A stretch of 63,535 nt of DNA, counting the filler, from Chiloscyllium plagiosum (taxonomy: Eukaryota), in NCBI RefSeq assembly GCF_004010195.1. It is 6 parts of one record of this genome, joined end to end, with 100 filler letters (N's around TTAATTAATTAA, not from the genome) between each part and the next. Parts side by side here need not be neighbours in the genome. Positions count along the whole stretch, not along the records: positions 34,290 to 39,569 come from NC_057717.1; positions 39,670 to 53,326 come from NC_057717.1; 4 more parts are not named here. One strand, 5' to 3'. A program made the position numbers and the translations under genes. This document shows, in pieces, positions 35,833-48,419 of this stretch (the first letter of the stretch is position 1; each line of letters starts with the position of its first letter). The notes below the pieces were generated by a model, which worked only from the letters and a program-made list of their open reading frames with translations, searched no databases and was not told the DNA's origin.

Positions 35833-36332
35833 NNNNNNNNNNNNNNNNNNNNNNNNNNNNNNNNNNNNNNNNNNNNNNNNNNNNNNNNNNNNNNNNNNNN
35901 NNNNNNNNNNNNNNNNNNNNNNNNNNNNNNNNNNNNNNNNNNNNNNNNNNNNNNNNNNNNNNNNNNNNNNNNNNNNNNNNNNNNNNNNNNNNNNNNNNNN
36001 NNNNNNNNNNNNNNNNNNNNNNNNNNNNNNNNNNNNNNNNNNNNNNNNNNNNNNNNNNNNNNNNNNNNNNNNNNNNNNNNNNNNNNNNNNNNNNNNNNNN
36101 NNNNNNNNNNNNNNNNNNNNNNNNNNNNNNNNNNNNNNNNNNNNNNNNNNNNNNNNNNNNNNNNNNNNNNNNNNNNNNNNNNNNNNNNNNNNNNNNNNNN
36201 NNNNNNNNNNNNNNNNNNNNNNNNNNNNNNNNNNNNNNNNNNNNNNNNNNNNNNNNNNNNNNNNNNNNNNNNNNNNNNNNNNNNNNNNNNNNNNNNNNNN
36301 NNNNNNNNNNNNNNNNNNNNNNNNNNNNNNNN

Positions 36333-36650
36333 GATTGTCATACCCAGAATATTTCGGGAAATGAGCGGTGCCGAATGCTTTTTTGGAATGTCAGGTGCAG
36401 ATTGTGCCGTGGAAAATCGGACATGGAATGTTCCGGGGAATATTGGGTACAGAATATTCTGGAAAATGTAGGGTCCAAAATGTTCCCACAATGCTGATTA
36501 TGGAATATCCCGGACAATGTTTTTGAGGGAATCGTGGACATAAAATTTTCGGGGGAATGGTGGTTATAGAATGTTCCAGAGTATGTCAGGGATAGAATAA
36601 TCTAAGGAATATAGGGTTTAAGATGTGATAGAATGATGTTGTCCCATATC
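36333..36650 (+). repeat. Degenerate ~26-27 bp minisatellite
   Basis: Recurring agaatgttccggggaat..gg variants. Confidence 0.65.
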
Positions 36651-37129
36651 GTAAAGGCTCCAAAGCCCTTTAAGTTTGTTGAGCGCCATTCAAAATCCAG
36701 GTGGAAATCTCTCCCCAATGTCGACTTAACTGGAACTTTGTGCACACACATAATATGATTAAGGATACCTGTTGATCGTTCGATAAAGGCCCTCTTTGAA
36801 CATTGTACAAACGCCATCTCTTATTCAGCGATCTCCCCACCTCCGTTTCAGTTTTATAGAAAACTACCATCTGTAAACTATTGTGAATATTCAGTTCCCA
36901 ATATCGTTCACTCAGTAGCCATGTCTCTCAAATGCCATTAAAATATATCCATCTCCCCCAATGCGTGCACTGTGTTTTCAGAATGCGTCACACATTCAGA
37001 TAGATTGCCTTTCATTCAGATTTAACCCGTTATTCATTGTTCCATTGTTACTTTTATTCCTCATATTGACCGTTCACAAACAGCCTGAAATCGACATAGT
37101 AATAGAATCAGGAATGATTGTCCATGTTT

Positions 37130-37900
37130 CATGAAGCCCCGTCTTCATCCCTGGGTATATCCTATCCCACCGGGAGGATAGACCCACCAGCAGTGGAGGC
37201 ACAATGGGATACCGTGAGGAAAGATGTTACCCTGGAATTCCTAATCATTGACTCTAGAACCCAGTATATCTTGTGCTAATAGGTCATGGATGTCAAGGTA
37301 ACCTCCTGATGATGGGCAGCTACTGCCCTCCACACCATCCCTCGGTGACACCTGAGTTGCCCTACATGTTGAAGACAAATCTGAGGAAGCACTGTGAATT
37401 AAAAAAAAGACACAGAGCATACTGTGGATGTGATACTTCAATGTCTATCGCCACGAGTAGCTGCATAGGCTGAAAACTGACTGCGCAGAGTGAGGCCGTA
37501 AATACACACCAGCCAGACTTCAGCAAGTAATTGTTGAACCAACAAGAGCCAAACATGCTTACAAAATTACTTGTCGGAAATGAATCTCTCTCTCACATTA
37601 TCAGAATGACCACCCAGAGCACAGTCCTGGCGGAGGGAAAGTCTCAGCCACATATTGAAGATACAACCCCTGGTCTTGTGTGGCACCACCTACTGTGAAG
37701 TGGGGCATTCTTCGAAACGACCAAGCAAATGGAAACTGGGCATCCATGAGGCATTGTGTGCCGTCTGCAGTTGCAGCATAAATGACCTTCCCTCCATTAT
37801 AAAGTTCATGGTTGCTTCCAAAATATTCATCACCATTCAGAGCTACAGCAATACTGAAGTAGTGCGTTCAAACCAACAAGAATTTGAAACAGGAAAGTGA
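37130..37900 (+). mobile_element. Decayed CR1/L2-clade LINE (endonuclease plus RT remnant)
   Basis: REDRPTSSGG..GNLLMMGSYCPP (cf. YRPP); CSINDLPSII. Confidence 0.65.
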
Positions 37901-38439
37901 AGAAATTCAGCCATTCGAGGCTACAACTAGATAACTGGAGCATACCTTTCAACGTCTCAATGCAGCTGCACAGGAAAGGAAAAGAAATGAAAACATTTCA
38001 AAACTGCTACACAGGAATACTGTAAGGACTAGTTACTGATCCGGACTGATGGATAAGTTAGGGTCAATTGGTCATTTTTTGGTTTAACAGAAATTAACGT
38101 CTGCAGTTACACAGTGACCTGTGCTGCAACTTCAAATATTTTCACCCCAATCAACGATTTCGATCGATGGAACAAATGTATTCTAAACAAATTTGTCAAT
38201 GTCACTAAGATAGACAGGAGGTGGAGAATATATGTCTGGATAAGCAAAGTATAATAACTGGGCACATAGAAAGGAAAGGTGGTTAACAGTGAATTCATGC
38301 ATTTTTTTAGGAGGAAGAAAAGGTTTTAATTTCCATAAATTGAGAGAGATTATAGTATTTAGCGATACAGTGTGCACTGGAGGGTTCACTCTGACCGTTT
38401 CAGACGTCGGAACTTTTGTTTCAGCTCCCTGACAGTCTG

Positions 38440-38910
38440 CTCCCTGATATCAATATTAGAGTGATGCTGGAAAAGCACAGTAGGTCAGGCAGCATCCGAA
38501 GAGCAGGAACGTCCTCGGACAGAGGCCCTTCATCAGGACGGCGACCTGGAGGTTGCAGAAAGAGAGACTGACTGAGATCTTTGTAGAGAGAGAAGAACAT
38601 CTTCACGGTAGTCATCCTTGCAAGAAGATTTGCAATAAGTTTAGAATCAACCAGGCGAAAGTGAGTACTGCAGTTGCTGGAGATTAGAGTTAAGATTAGA
38701 GTGGTGCTGGAAAAGCACAGCAGGTCAGGCAGCATACGAGAAGCAGGAAAATCGACATTAATAGCAGGAGCTCTCCATCCCTGATGAAGGGCTCCTGCCC
38801 AAAACGTCGATTTTCCTGATCCTCGGATGTTGCCTGACCTGCTGTGTTTTTCCAGCATCAGTATAATCTTGACTCTAATCGCCAGCACGTGCAGTTCTCA
38901 CATTCGCTTG
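38440..38910. mobile_element. Penelope-like tandem and inverted pseudo-LTR arrangement
   Basis: Two minus pseudo-LTRs separated by an ORF start (MTTVKMFFSLYKDLSQSL), then an inverted plus pseudo-LTR; arms ~38651-38756 and ~38806-38910. Confidence 0.85.
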
Positions 38911-39669
38911 CTCCATCACGTTCCCAGTGGCCACATTGCTCTCAGTACACAGCGAACATTTGTTATGGTGGGTTTCTAGTAGGGAGTGGAACTGTATGGT
39001 GTTTGAAACGTGTATCAAGGCCTTTATCCGAGACACAATCCGAGATGAAAATAGCAGATTTCTTCTGAATGAAGAGTACGTGGCTGATGCCAGAACAATG
39101 GGTATTCACAAAAATGATGTATTGTGTACAAATTTCAACATTAATGGAATGAGGGACGGAGGATCCAATCAAAATAATGACAACATGAAATAAAGACATT
39201 GCCAGATCATCTGAAATACGACATTCGTTTATCACTTCACAGAAGCATTCCAGCCACTGTAAACATCGAAGGGTCATTCACATAGCACAGAGCACTGTGT
39301 AAACCAAGGTCTGCTCAGTCCAACCTGGCAATATAGCAACAGAAGAAAACTAAGCAGTCTGTGTCAGTACATTGATCTTTAAATACGTTCTAGATGTCTC
39401 TCCAGCACGGAGAACGGCGCAGATCACAACAGTATAGTTGTATCCAGGCCACTCTGAATGAAGCACTTTAACGAGTTTGTGATGAATTTCATTACACTGG
39501 CCCTAAACTTCACATTTTTTGATGTAATCTTCCAAATTATGGTGAGAATGGATTTCTAAATTACTGAAANNNNNNNNNNNNNNNNNNNNNNNNNNNNNNN
39601 NNNNNNNNNNNNNTTAATTAATTAANNNNNNNNNNNNNNNNNNNNNNNNNNNNNNNNNNNNNNNNNNNN

Positions 39670-41669
39670 AAGAAGCCAGTGGTGGGGATTGCGGGAACCG
39701 GGGATCGGTATCATGACAACCGGTTTTGGGGATCATGGAGAGCTGGGCTTTGGCGTTTCTTAGTATCCAGGAAATTGGGAATATAGGGAGCCGGGGAATT
39801 GGTTACACGGGATGCAAGGGGTGAAGACCCGGAGAACTGCCGGTTGGCGATTATGGGACCCAGGGGATGGAGTTCAGCGGGAGCTGGGGAATGGTTATCA
39901 CAGGGAGCCAGTGATAGATATCACCGGATGCTGGGAGATGGTGACTACTGGGAACCGTGCAATGAGGATCGTGGGGATCTGAGATAAGCATTTATTTTAC
40001 ATGTACTGAAGTACCGTGAAAAGCTTTGTTTACTCGCAGTACAGGCCGAACCTAGTAAGCAAGAAAGTATATATCAAATGTTGTATAAAAACACTTAGAC
40101 AGAGTAAAGCAGGTTATATTCCATAGAGTGTGCACTAGGCAAGTTCAGCATTAAAAATATCAGCATTATTAATGTTCAGGAAGCTCATTCATCAATCTAA
40201 TAACCGTCGGGTTGAAGCTGTGCAGACCTTGCTTAAGACCATATTCAAACTTTTGCATCTTCTGCCCGAGGGAACAGTTTGGAGGAAATTATTTCTAGAT
40301 TCAATGTGACTTTTGGTGATATCGGCATTCTTTGCACGGCAGCCAGTGTTATAAACAGAGTCCATCGATAGGTGTTAGGCTTCCGTGATGGTCTGGGCCT
40401 TGCGCAACACATTTTGTAATTTCTTACGGTTCTGGACAGAGCAGTTAACATACCAAGGCCTTATTCACCTGTACATTATACTTTCAATGGAGTAAGTGTC
40501 GAAGTTGGTGAGAATCTTTATGGACATGCCAAATTTCTTGATCTACCTGAGGAAGACGAAGGGCTGTTCTGCCTTCTTGACGATCACATTTATGTATGAA
40601 ATACAGGAACGTTTGCCAGTTATCGTCACTCCGAGGAACGTGAAGCTGTGCACCCTCTCAATTATCCCTCCCACTATCATGTTGTCGTCAATGAACGTGC
40701 AATTGACCTTCATTCGGAATTAGACAACACATTCGTGGGTGGACCAGCAATGCAGTAACGGGCTGAGGGCACATCCTTGCAGGGCGCAATTGTGCAAAGT
40801 TATTGTGGTGGAAGTGCAGTTGTCGATCTTCATCGATTGCAGTTAGTGGGTCAGAGAGCTAAGAACCCAATTGCAGAGGGTGCAGCAGAGACCAAGGTCG
40901 TGGAAATTTGAGATCAGTCTGGACTGGAAAATGACATTGAAAGCATGCTGTAATCGACAAGTCGGTGGCCTTGTTGTCCGGATGTTTGAGGGATGAGTGC
41001 AGGGCGATGGATATAGCATACGCTGTCAATCAGTTACGTAGGTAGGCCATGTGTAGGGTATCGAGGCAGGCAAGGATAATCGATTTCACGTGAGCCATGA
41101 CCAGCTTCTCTCGGCACCTCATGTTTATGGACAATCGAGGCGCCATTTGACGTGTGCCATGACCAGCCTGTAACCACGACATGGTTATGGTGGTGGGGGT
41201 CATTGGGAGTTATTCATCAAGACATATTATATGTGCTTTCTCAGCTACGGGTATGATGGATGTCTTCTTCAATCAGTTGTGGACTTCGGGCTTGCAACAG
41301 GGAGAGGTTAAAGATGTCTTTGAAGGCACGGTAGCTCAGTGGTTTGCACCGCCCCCTCACAGTGCCAGAGATCCAGGTTCGCATCCAGCCTTGCGCGACG
41401 GTCTATTGAAGTTTGCACATTCTCCCCGTGTCTGCATGGGTTTTGTCCGGGTACTCCAGTTTCGTCTCACAGTCTTGCCTTAGGTGGACTCTCAGGGAAA
41501 CCAATTTGATGTCTGCAGTAGGGACCGAAGGAATAGGTGTGTCTGGGACAGTCGGGTCAGGTGGAAACTCCCAGATAGTAATAGTCGCACAGTTAATTAT
41601 TGACAACATCGCCTTCTCCCACTTTCCTCCATTGTCATCAACACACGGCAAAATTGATTGATGTGAGCA
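39670..41669 (+). repeat. 2 kb direct duplication, copy 1 (minisatellite, Rex1, HE1 5' half)
   Basis: Nearly identical to 42381-44382; same ORF translations in both copies. Confidence 0.95.
39990..41660 (-). mobile_element. Rex1/Babar LINE with a truncated plus-strand HE1 SINE at ~41325-41475
   Basis: Rex1 C-terminal motifs; ggcacggtagctcagtggtttgcaccg..gtttgcacattctccccgtgtctgc. Confidence 0.85.
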
Positions 41670-41914
41670 NNNNNNNNNNNNNNNNNNNNNNNNNNNNNNN
41701 NNNNNNNNNNNNNNNNNNNNNNNNNNNNNNNNNNNNNNNNNNNNNNNNNNNNNNNNNNNNNNNNNNNNNNNNNNNNNNNNNNNNNNNNNNNNNNNNNNNN
41801 NNNNNNNNNNNNNNNNNNNNNNNNNNNNNNNNNNNNNNNNNNNNNNNNNNNNNNNNNNNNNNNNNNNNNNNNNNNNNNNNNNNNNNNNNNNNNNNNNNNN
41901 NNNNNNNNNNNNNN

Positions 41915-42690
41915 TTGGGGATCATGAGGAGGCAGGTTTGGAGATCGCGGGAGCTGCGGTGGGTGCCATGAGGAGCGAGCGCTGGAGATAGGGGAGCCAG
42001 GGTGGAGCTGTTCTTAAGGGTCACAAGGAGGCTGAGATGAATATCGTGGCAGGAGATATTGGGCATAGGGGTAGGCGAGGCATAACGATCACAGATGGGC
42101 ATCATGGAGAGCCAGGGTGGATAATAATGGGGAGCGGGTTTAGGTATCACAGGGAACCAGGGAAGAGTATAGAGGACGCTGGGGGCCAGGGATCACACAG
42201 ATCCCAGACTGGTGTCATGGGGAACTGGCGGTGGGCAGCATGGGCAGCCAGGAATGGGGTGAGCTGTACCTGGGGGATGGGAATCATGGGCAGCCAGTAT
42301 CGGGAATCATAGGGAGTTGGGAGCTAGTTATCACAGGGAGACGAGGTAGGAATCGCGGGGAGCCAGGGGTTGGGAATGACAAGAAGCCAGTGGTGGGGAT
42401 TGCGGGAACCGGGGTTGGGTATCATGACAACCGGTTTTGGGGACCATGGAGAGCTGGGGGTTGGTGTTTCTTAGTAGCCAGGAAATTGGGAATATAGGGA
42501 GCCGGGGAATGGGTTACACGGGATGCAAGGGGTGAAGATCCTGGAGAACTGCCGACTGGCGATGATGGAACCCAGGGGATGGAGTTCAGCGGGAGCTGGG
42601 GAATGGTTATCACAGGAAGCCAGTGATAGATATCACCAGATGCTGGGAGATGGTGACTACTGGGAACCGTGCAATGAGGATCGCGGGGAT
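41915..42690 (+). repeat. Degenerate G-rich ~22-23 bp minisatellite
   Basis: Recurring gggagccgggg(a/t)tgggnatca variants. Confidence 0.75.
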
Positions 42691-44382
42691 CTGAAATAAG
42701 CATTTATTGTTACGTGTACTGAAGTACAGTGAAAAGCTTTGTTTACTAGCAGTACAGGCCGAATCTAGTAAGCAAGAAAGTATATATCAAATGTTGTATA
42801 AAAACACTTAGACAGAGTAAAGCAGGTTATATTCCATAGAGTGTGCACTAGGCAAGTTCAGCATTAAAAATATCAGCATTATTAATGTTCAGGAAGCTCA
42901 TTCATCAATCTAATAACCGCCGGGTTGAAGCTGTGCAGACCTTGCTTAAGACCGTATTCAAACTTTTGCATCTTCTGCCCGAGGGAACAGTTTGGAGGAA
43001 ATTATTTCTGGATTCAATGTGACTTTTGGTGATATCGGCATTCTTTGCACGGCAGCCAGTGTTATAAACAGAGTCCATCGATAGGTGTTAGGCTTCCGTG
43101 ATGGTCTGGGATTTGCGCAACACATTTTGTAATTTCTTACGGTTCTGGACAGAGCAGTTAACATACCAAGGCCTTATTCACCTGTCCATTATACTTTCAA
43201 TGGAGAAAGTGTCGAAGTTGGTGAGAATCTTTATGGACATGCCAAATTTCTTGATCTGCCTGAGGAAGACGAAGGGCTGTTCTGCCTTCTTGACGATCAC
43301 ATTTATGTATGAAATACAGGAACGTTTGCCAGTTATCGTCACTCCGAGGAACGTGAAGCTGTGCACCCTCTCAATTATCCCTCCCACTATCATGTTGTCG
43401 TCAATGAACGTGCAATTGACCTTCATTCGGAATTAGACAACACATTCGTGGGTGGACCAGCAATGCAGTAACGGGCTGAGGGCACATCCTTGCAGGGCGC
43501 AATTGTGCAAAGTTATTGTGGTGGAAGTGCAGTTGTCGATCTTCATCGATTGCAGTTAGTGGGTCAGAGAGCTAAGAACCCAATTGCAGAGGGTGCAGCA
43601 GAGACCAAGGTCGTGGAAATTTGAGATCAGTCTGGACTGGAAAATGACATTGAAAGCATGCTGTAATCGACAAGTCGGTGGCCTTGTTGTCCGGATGTTT
43701 GAGGGATGAGTGCAGGGCGATGGATATAGCATACGCTGTCAATCAGTTACGTAGGTAGGCCATGTGTAGGGTATCGAGGCAGGCAAGGATAATCGATTTC
43801 ACGTGAGCCATGACCAGCTTCTCTCGGCACCTCATGTTTATGGACAATCGAGGCGCCATTTGACGTGTGCCATGACCAGCCTGTAACCACGACATGGTTA
43901 TGGTGGTGGGGGTCATTGGGAGTTATTCATCAAGACATATTATATGTGCTTTCTCAGCTACGGGTATGATGGATGTCTTCTTGAATCAGTTGTGGACTTC
44001 GGGCTTGCAACAGGGAGAGGTTAAAGATGTCTTTGAAGGCACGGTAGCTCAGTGGTTTGCACCGCCCCCTCACAGTGCCAGAGATCCAGGTTCGCATCCA
44101 GCCTTGCGCGACGATCTATTGAAGTTTGCACATTCTCCCCGTGTCTGCATGGGTTTTGTCTGGGTACTCCAGTTTCGTCCCACAGTCTTGCCTTAGGTGG
44201 ACTCTCAGGGAAACCAATTTGATGTCTGCAGTAGGGACCGAAGGAATAGGTGTGTCTGGGACAGTCGGGGCAGGTAGAAACTCCCAGATAGTAATCGTCG
44301 CACAGTTAATTATTGACGACATCGCCCCCTCCCACTTCCCTTCATTGCCATCAACACACGGCAAAATTGATTGATGTGAGCA
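42381..44382 (+). repeat. 2 kb direct duplication, copy 2
   Basis: Offset of ~2711 from copy 1. Confidence 0.95.
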
Positions 44383-44400
44383 ACACACAGTTTCTGTCGA
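42700..44400 (-). mobile_element. Rex1/Babar LINE with a truncated HE1 SINE at ~44038-44185
   Basis: IERVHSFTFLGVTIT..VKKAEQPFVFLRQIKKFGMSIKILTNF..IESI. Confidence 0.85.
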
Positions 44401-44619
44401 CGCAGTGTGTCATCAGTGGACTGGGTAAACTCCACGACGTTTTCTGTCACGTTTATGGGGGGAGATCACAACAAAACTTGGGCAAGATGTGCTCCTACCG
44501 AGTGTCCGTGGTGCAGTGAGTGAAACTTTTACGGATGTAATTCCTATCATGACATGACTTAAACTGAATGTTATTAAGCATCTTGAGTGTTGTGCCTTGT
44601 AGATGGTGGACAGTCCTTC

Positions 44620-45540
44620 CCAAGCCAGGAGGTGCCATATGCATGAACCATCTGAACGAAAGACCTGAGGTAATGTTTGCTAAGTTTGCAGATGATACAA
44701 CGATACTGGAATGGACAGGTCATATTGAGGAAGCGGGGAGACTGCAGAAAGTCCAGGACAGTGGACAAACAAGTGACAGAACATTGTTAGGGAATGTGTG
44801 AGATAATGCACTTCGGCAGACGGAATAGAGGCATATGTTATATTCTAAAAGGCTTCATGATATCTGAAGTACAAAAGTATTTTTGTGTCCATGCTCTCTC
44901 TAACGGTTTATGTGCAGATCCACTTGGCAGTTTGGAATGCAAATGCTATGGTAACATGTATTTCAAGACAGCTAGAATACAAGAACAGAGAAACACGACT
45001 GATGCTGCGTAAGGTTCTGGTAGGATCTTGTTTGGAATATTGCGAGCAGTTGTTGTTACTACATCAAGGAAAATATATGCTGGCGTTGGAGTGAGTCCAG
45101 AATGATTCTGGAAATGGTGGATTGATGCATGTGGGGTAATTGAGGATTCTGGATCTGTTCTCGATAGAGTTTTGGAAGAAAAAGCGGAGATGGGTGCGGT
45201 CTGAATCAAACTGACAGAATAGCAAGAAGCTTAGATATAGTGAATATGTAGACAATGTTTTCATTAGTCAGAAAGATGATGATGCAAGGGCATGCTTTCA
45301 GACTGAAGGTATCACCCTTTGGCACTGCGATGTAGAGGAAGGTGGTGAATCTTTGGAAACCTTTCTCACAGATTATTGCAGAGACCATATTATTTAAACA
45401 GTGATAAATGGGCCTTCTTTCGCGAGCAGATCATGAATTGTCTGGAGAAAGTAGTAGAACAGCGATTTGCATAATCAAATGATAGAACTGACTCGATGGA
45501 CCGTATAGCTGAAATCCACCCTAATATTTCATGTTCATTA
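44620..45540 (+). mobile_element. Decayed CR1 3' half
   Basis: AKFADDTTI; CEIMHFGRRN; LEYCEQ. Confidence 0.8.
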
Positions 45541-47867
45541 GTTCATATAGTCTATTATTTAGTGCAGAATTGCTAACCTCTTACCTATTCTTCTCGGCTT
45601 TGTATTTTTATGTCAATTTGTTTTCTCATTCTGGTCAATGATATAGACAGTGGGAGGAAACAGTGTCGGCCAGTAAAACAGTAATGTATTGAATATAAGC
45701 TGCCATCATTGAGTCGCCTCTGCCGAAGCACATTGTCAGGCTGATGATTCTCATTTTCGGTCTGGTATTTTCGAAGGATGAATCCTGTGCCACCAGTGCA
45801 GTTGAAGTTAAGATGATAGGCGCTTTCAGCAACAATAAATCAGGGCATATTGATGACATTTCAAATGACAGGCAAATATAAAATGAAGATGCTGAAACTT
45901 TTCTTACATAATGTTTGGAATCATCTCCTGAAGAAGCAACAAAAACACTGATTTCCGGTCGTGTTCAAGTCTGATAACTTGCCCAATCGAAACAGAGAGT
46001 CATGGAGTCCTACAGCAGGGAGACAAGCCCTTCGTCCAAACTGGTCAGTGCCGATCTAAGTCGTTCTTCTGCACTCTTCCCAGTTCAATAACATCCTTCC
46101 TATAACAAGGTCACTAACACTAAACACAATGTTGAACATAGATGTTTTTGATACGACACTTTGACTCTTTCGCCATACCTTTCCCTGCTTCTTTTTTGTA
46201 ATCTGTATTATTCTGCTATCTCATGCTTTATTAAATAATGACTGAAATATCCTCCCGTAAATGTCATCGTGACTGCTCGATTTTCAAACAACCTACTTTG
46301 TTTGAACAGGTCTTTCGAGGCTGCTGCATTTCAGAAAGCAGAAAGATATAATAGATGATTGTGCACTGTGTCCTTCACTGGATCAGCTTGCCTCTCCAGA
46401 CACTTAAAGCTTTTATTGCGGTCAGAGGATCTCAAAAAACATTATAACACAGACTGTGGCCATTCANNNNNNNNNNNNNNNNNNNNNNNNNNNNNNNNNN
46501 NNNNNNNNNNNNNNNNNNNNNNNNNNNNNNNNNNNNNNNNNNNNNNNNNNNNNNNNNNNNNNNNNNNNNNNNNNNNNNNNNNNNNNNNNNNNNNNNNNNN
46601 NNNNNNNNNNNNNNNNNNNNNNNNNNNNNNNNNNNNNNNNNNNNNNNNNNNNNNNNNNNNNNNNNNNNNNNNNNNNNNNNNNNNNNNNNNNNNNNNNNNN
46701 NNNNNNNNNNNNNNNNNNNNNNNNNNNNNNNNNNNNNNNNNNNNNNNNNNNNNNNNNNNNNNNNNNNNNNNNNNNNNNNNNNNNNNNNNNNNNNNNNNNN
46801 NNNNNNNNNNNNNNNNNNNNNNNNNNNNNNNNNNNNNNNNNNNNNNNNNNNNNNNNNNNNNNNNNNNNNNNNNNNNNNNNNNNNNNNNNNNNNNNNNNNN
46901 NNNNNNNNNNNNNNNNNNNNNNNNNNNNNNNNNNNNNNNNNNNNNNNNNNNNNNNNNNNNNNNNNNTCAGAAGTCCTGAATTGAAAACGTAGTTGGTGAA
47001 TGAGAATGCAGTGCATGATTAGTGGATGAAAGAATGATTGGCAGACTGTGTTCACGCATTGAATGCAGCAAAATGACTTGAGAAGAGAAAACAAAAGTAC
47101 ATTTAAATTGCCAATGTTGTGCGGAGATCTTGATAAATTTTGGGATATTTGAAGACTCGTAATCACTGGGATGAATGATGCAAAGAAACAGTTAATTTTG
47201 TAGGATTCAAACAAATCGACTCTTAAAGCTTGATGTGACTGTGAGAGAAATTTATCTTTGTTCTTTTTAGATGCATTAATATAAAACACCTGGTGGTCAA
47301 TAGCCGGAAGCATCAAATAGTTAATTGCATTGATACTTCTTAAAAAAACAATATCACCAGACTGTGTGCTGAAAGTGGAAGTATTTCATAAAATGTGAAA
47401 AGGAACATTAAGTTCAGTGGAGTAGTAATTAGTCTCAAAAAAGTTAGAGTTTAATAGCAAAAGAGTTAATAAAATCACGGAAGAACGAAATAGCAGAAAG
47501 AGAATGCAAAATATACCTGTCTACCAAAATCAGCTGTTGTATTGTACATGACGTAATGAGACAAATTGAGGTTAGTGGCTTGTAACTGATCACCATTCGA
47601 AAGGTATTGGTTAATCGTCAGCATGAGCGGGCAAGCTGTTCGAGGATGAAGGAAAAAAATGTTTCGGAATGAAAAAAGAATCAAAAAGAAACAAAAATGA
47701 ATCAAATAAAGTCCTCATGGTTTTATGCAAAGACGATTGCATTTCGGAAATTTGTTTTCGTTTTGCCAGCTGACAACATGTATATCGAATAATGGAAATT
47801 CTCGAATATAACAACTTTACTTTCTAAGTTCTATTCAAAAAGAAGCTGCTTGCAGCGCAATTACAAC

Positions 47868-48115
47868 AGGCGACTGACTGTGTGGAGTTTGCACATTCTC
47901 CACGTGTCTGCGTGGGTTTCCTCCCGGGACTCCGGTTTCCTCCCACAGTCGAAAATGTGCAGGTTAGGAGAATTGTCCATGCCAAATTGCCCGTAGTGTT
48001 CAGTGAAGGGGTACATGTAGGGGAATGGGTCTGGGTGGGTTGCGCTTCGGCGGGTGTTATGGACTTGTTGGGAGAAGGGCCTATTTCCACACATAAGTAA
48101 TCTAATCTAATCTAA
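47868..48115 (+). mobile_element. HE1-type V-SINE, 5'-truncated
   Basis: Near-consensus V-domain; tail (aatct)n. Confidence 0.9.
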
Positions 48116-48419
48116 TAATGATGTTGACAGCAGTGTAGGAACATAGGACTATCTTACTAACATAAATGATAGTCTGGAGCAAAGGGTTACTTCTTGTATT
48201 CATTCAGAAATTTATCAAAATTCACGATTTATGTGCAGAACTCAGATGAAACCGATCAGGAGATTGGAGGCTTATCTGCTGTTGAATGCAAATATGAAAG
48301 AAAGATGTGAGAAGTGTATAGAACTGTAAAGATACTTGAAGGATAACAGTGATTTAAGGAAAACGATTGACAAATACTGAATAAACGCAGGGAATACAGG
48401 CTAAGTACGATCACAAAAG

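Noticed and set aside
36333..42690. Short periodic repeats as a CRISPR-like array
   Set aside because: Degenerate minisatellites without unique spacers, in a vertebrate context with no cas genes.
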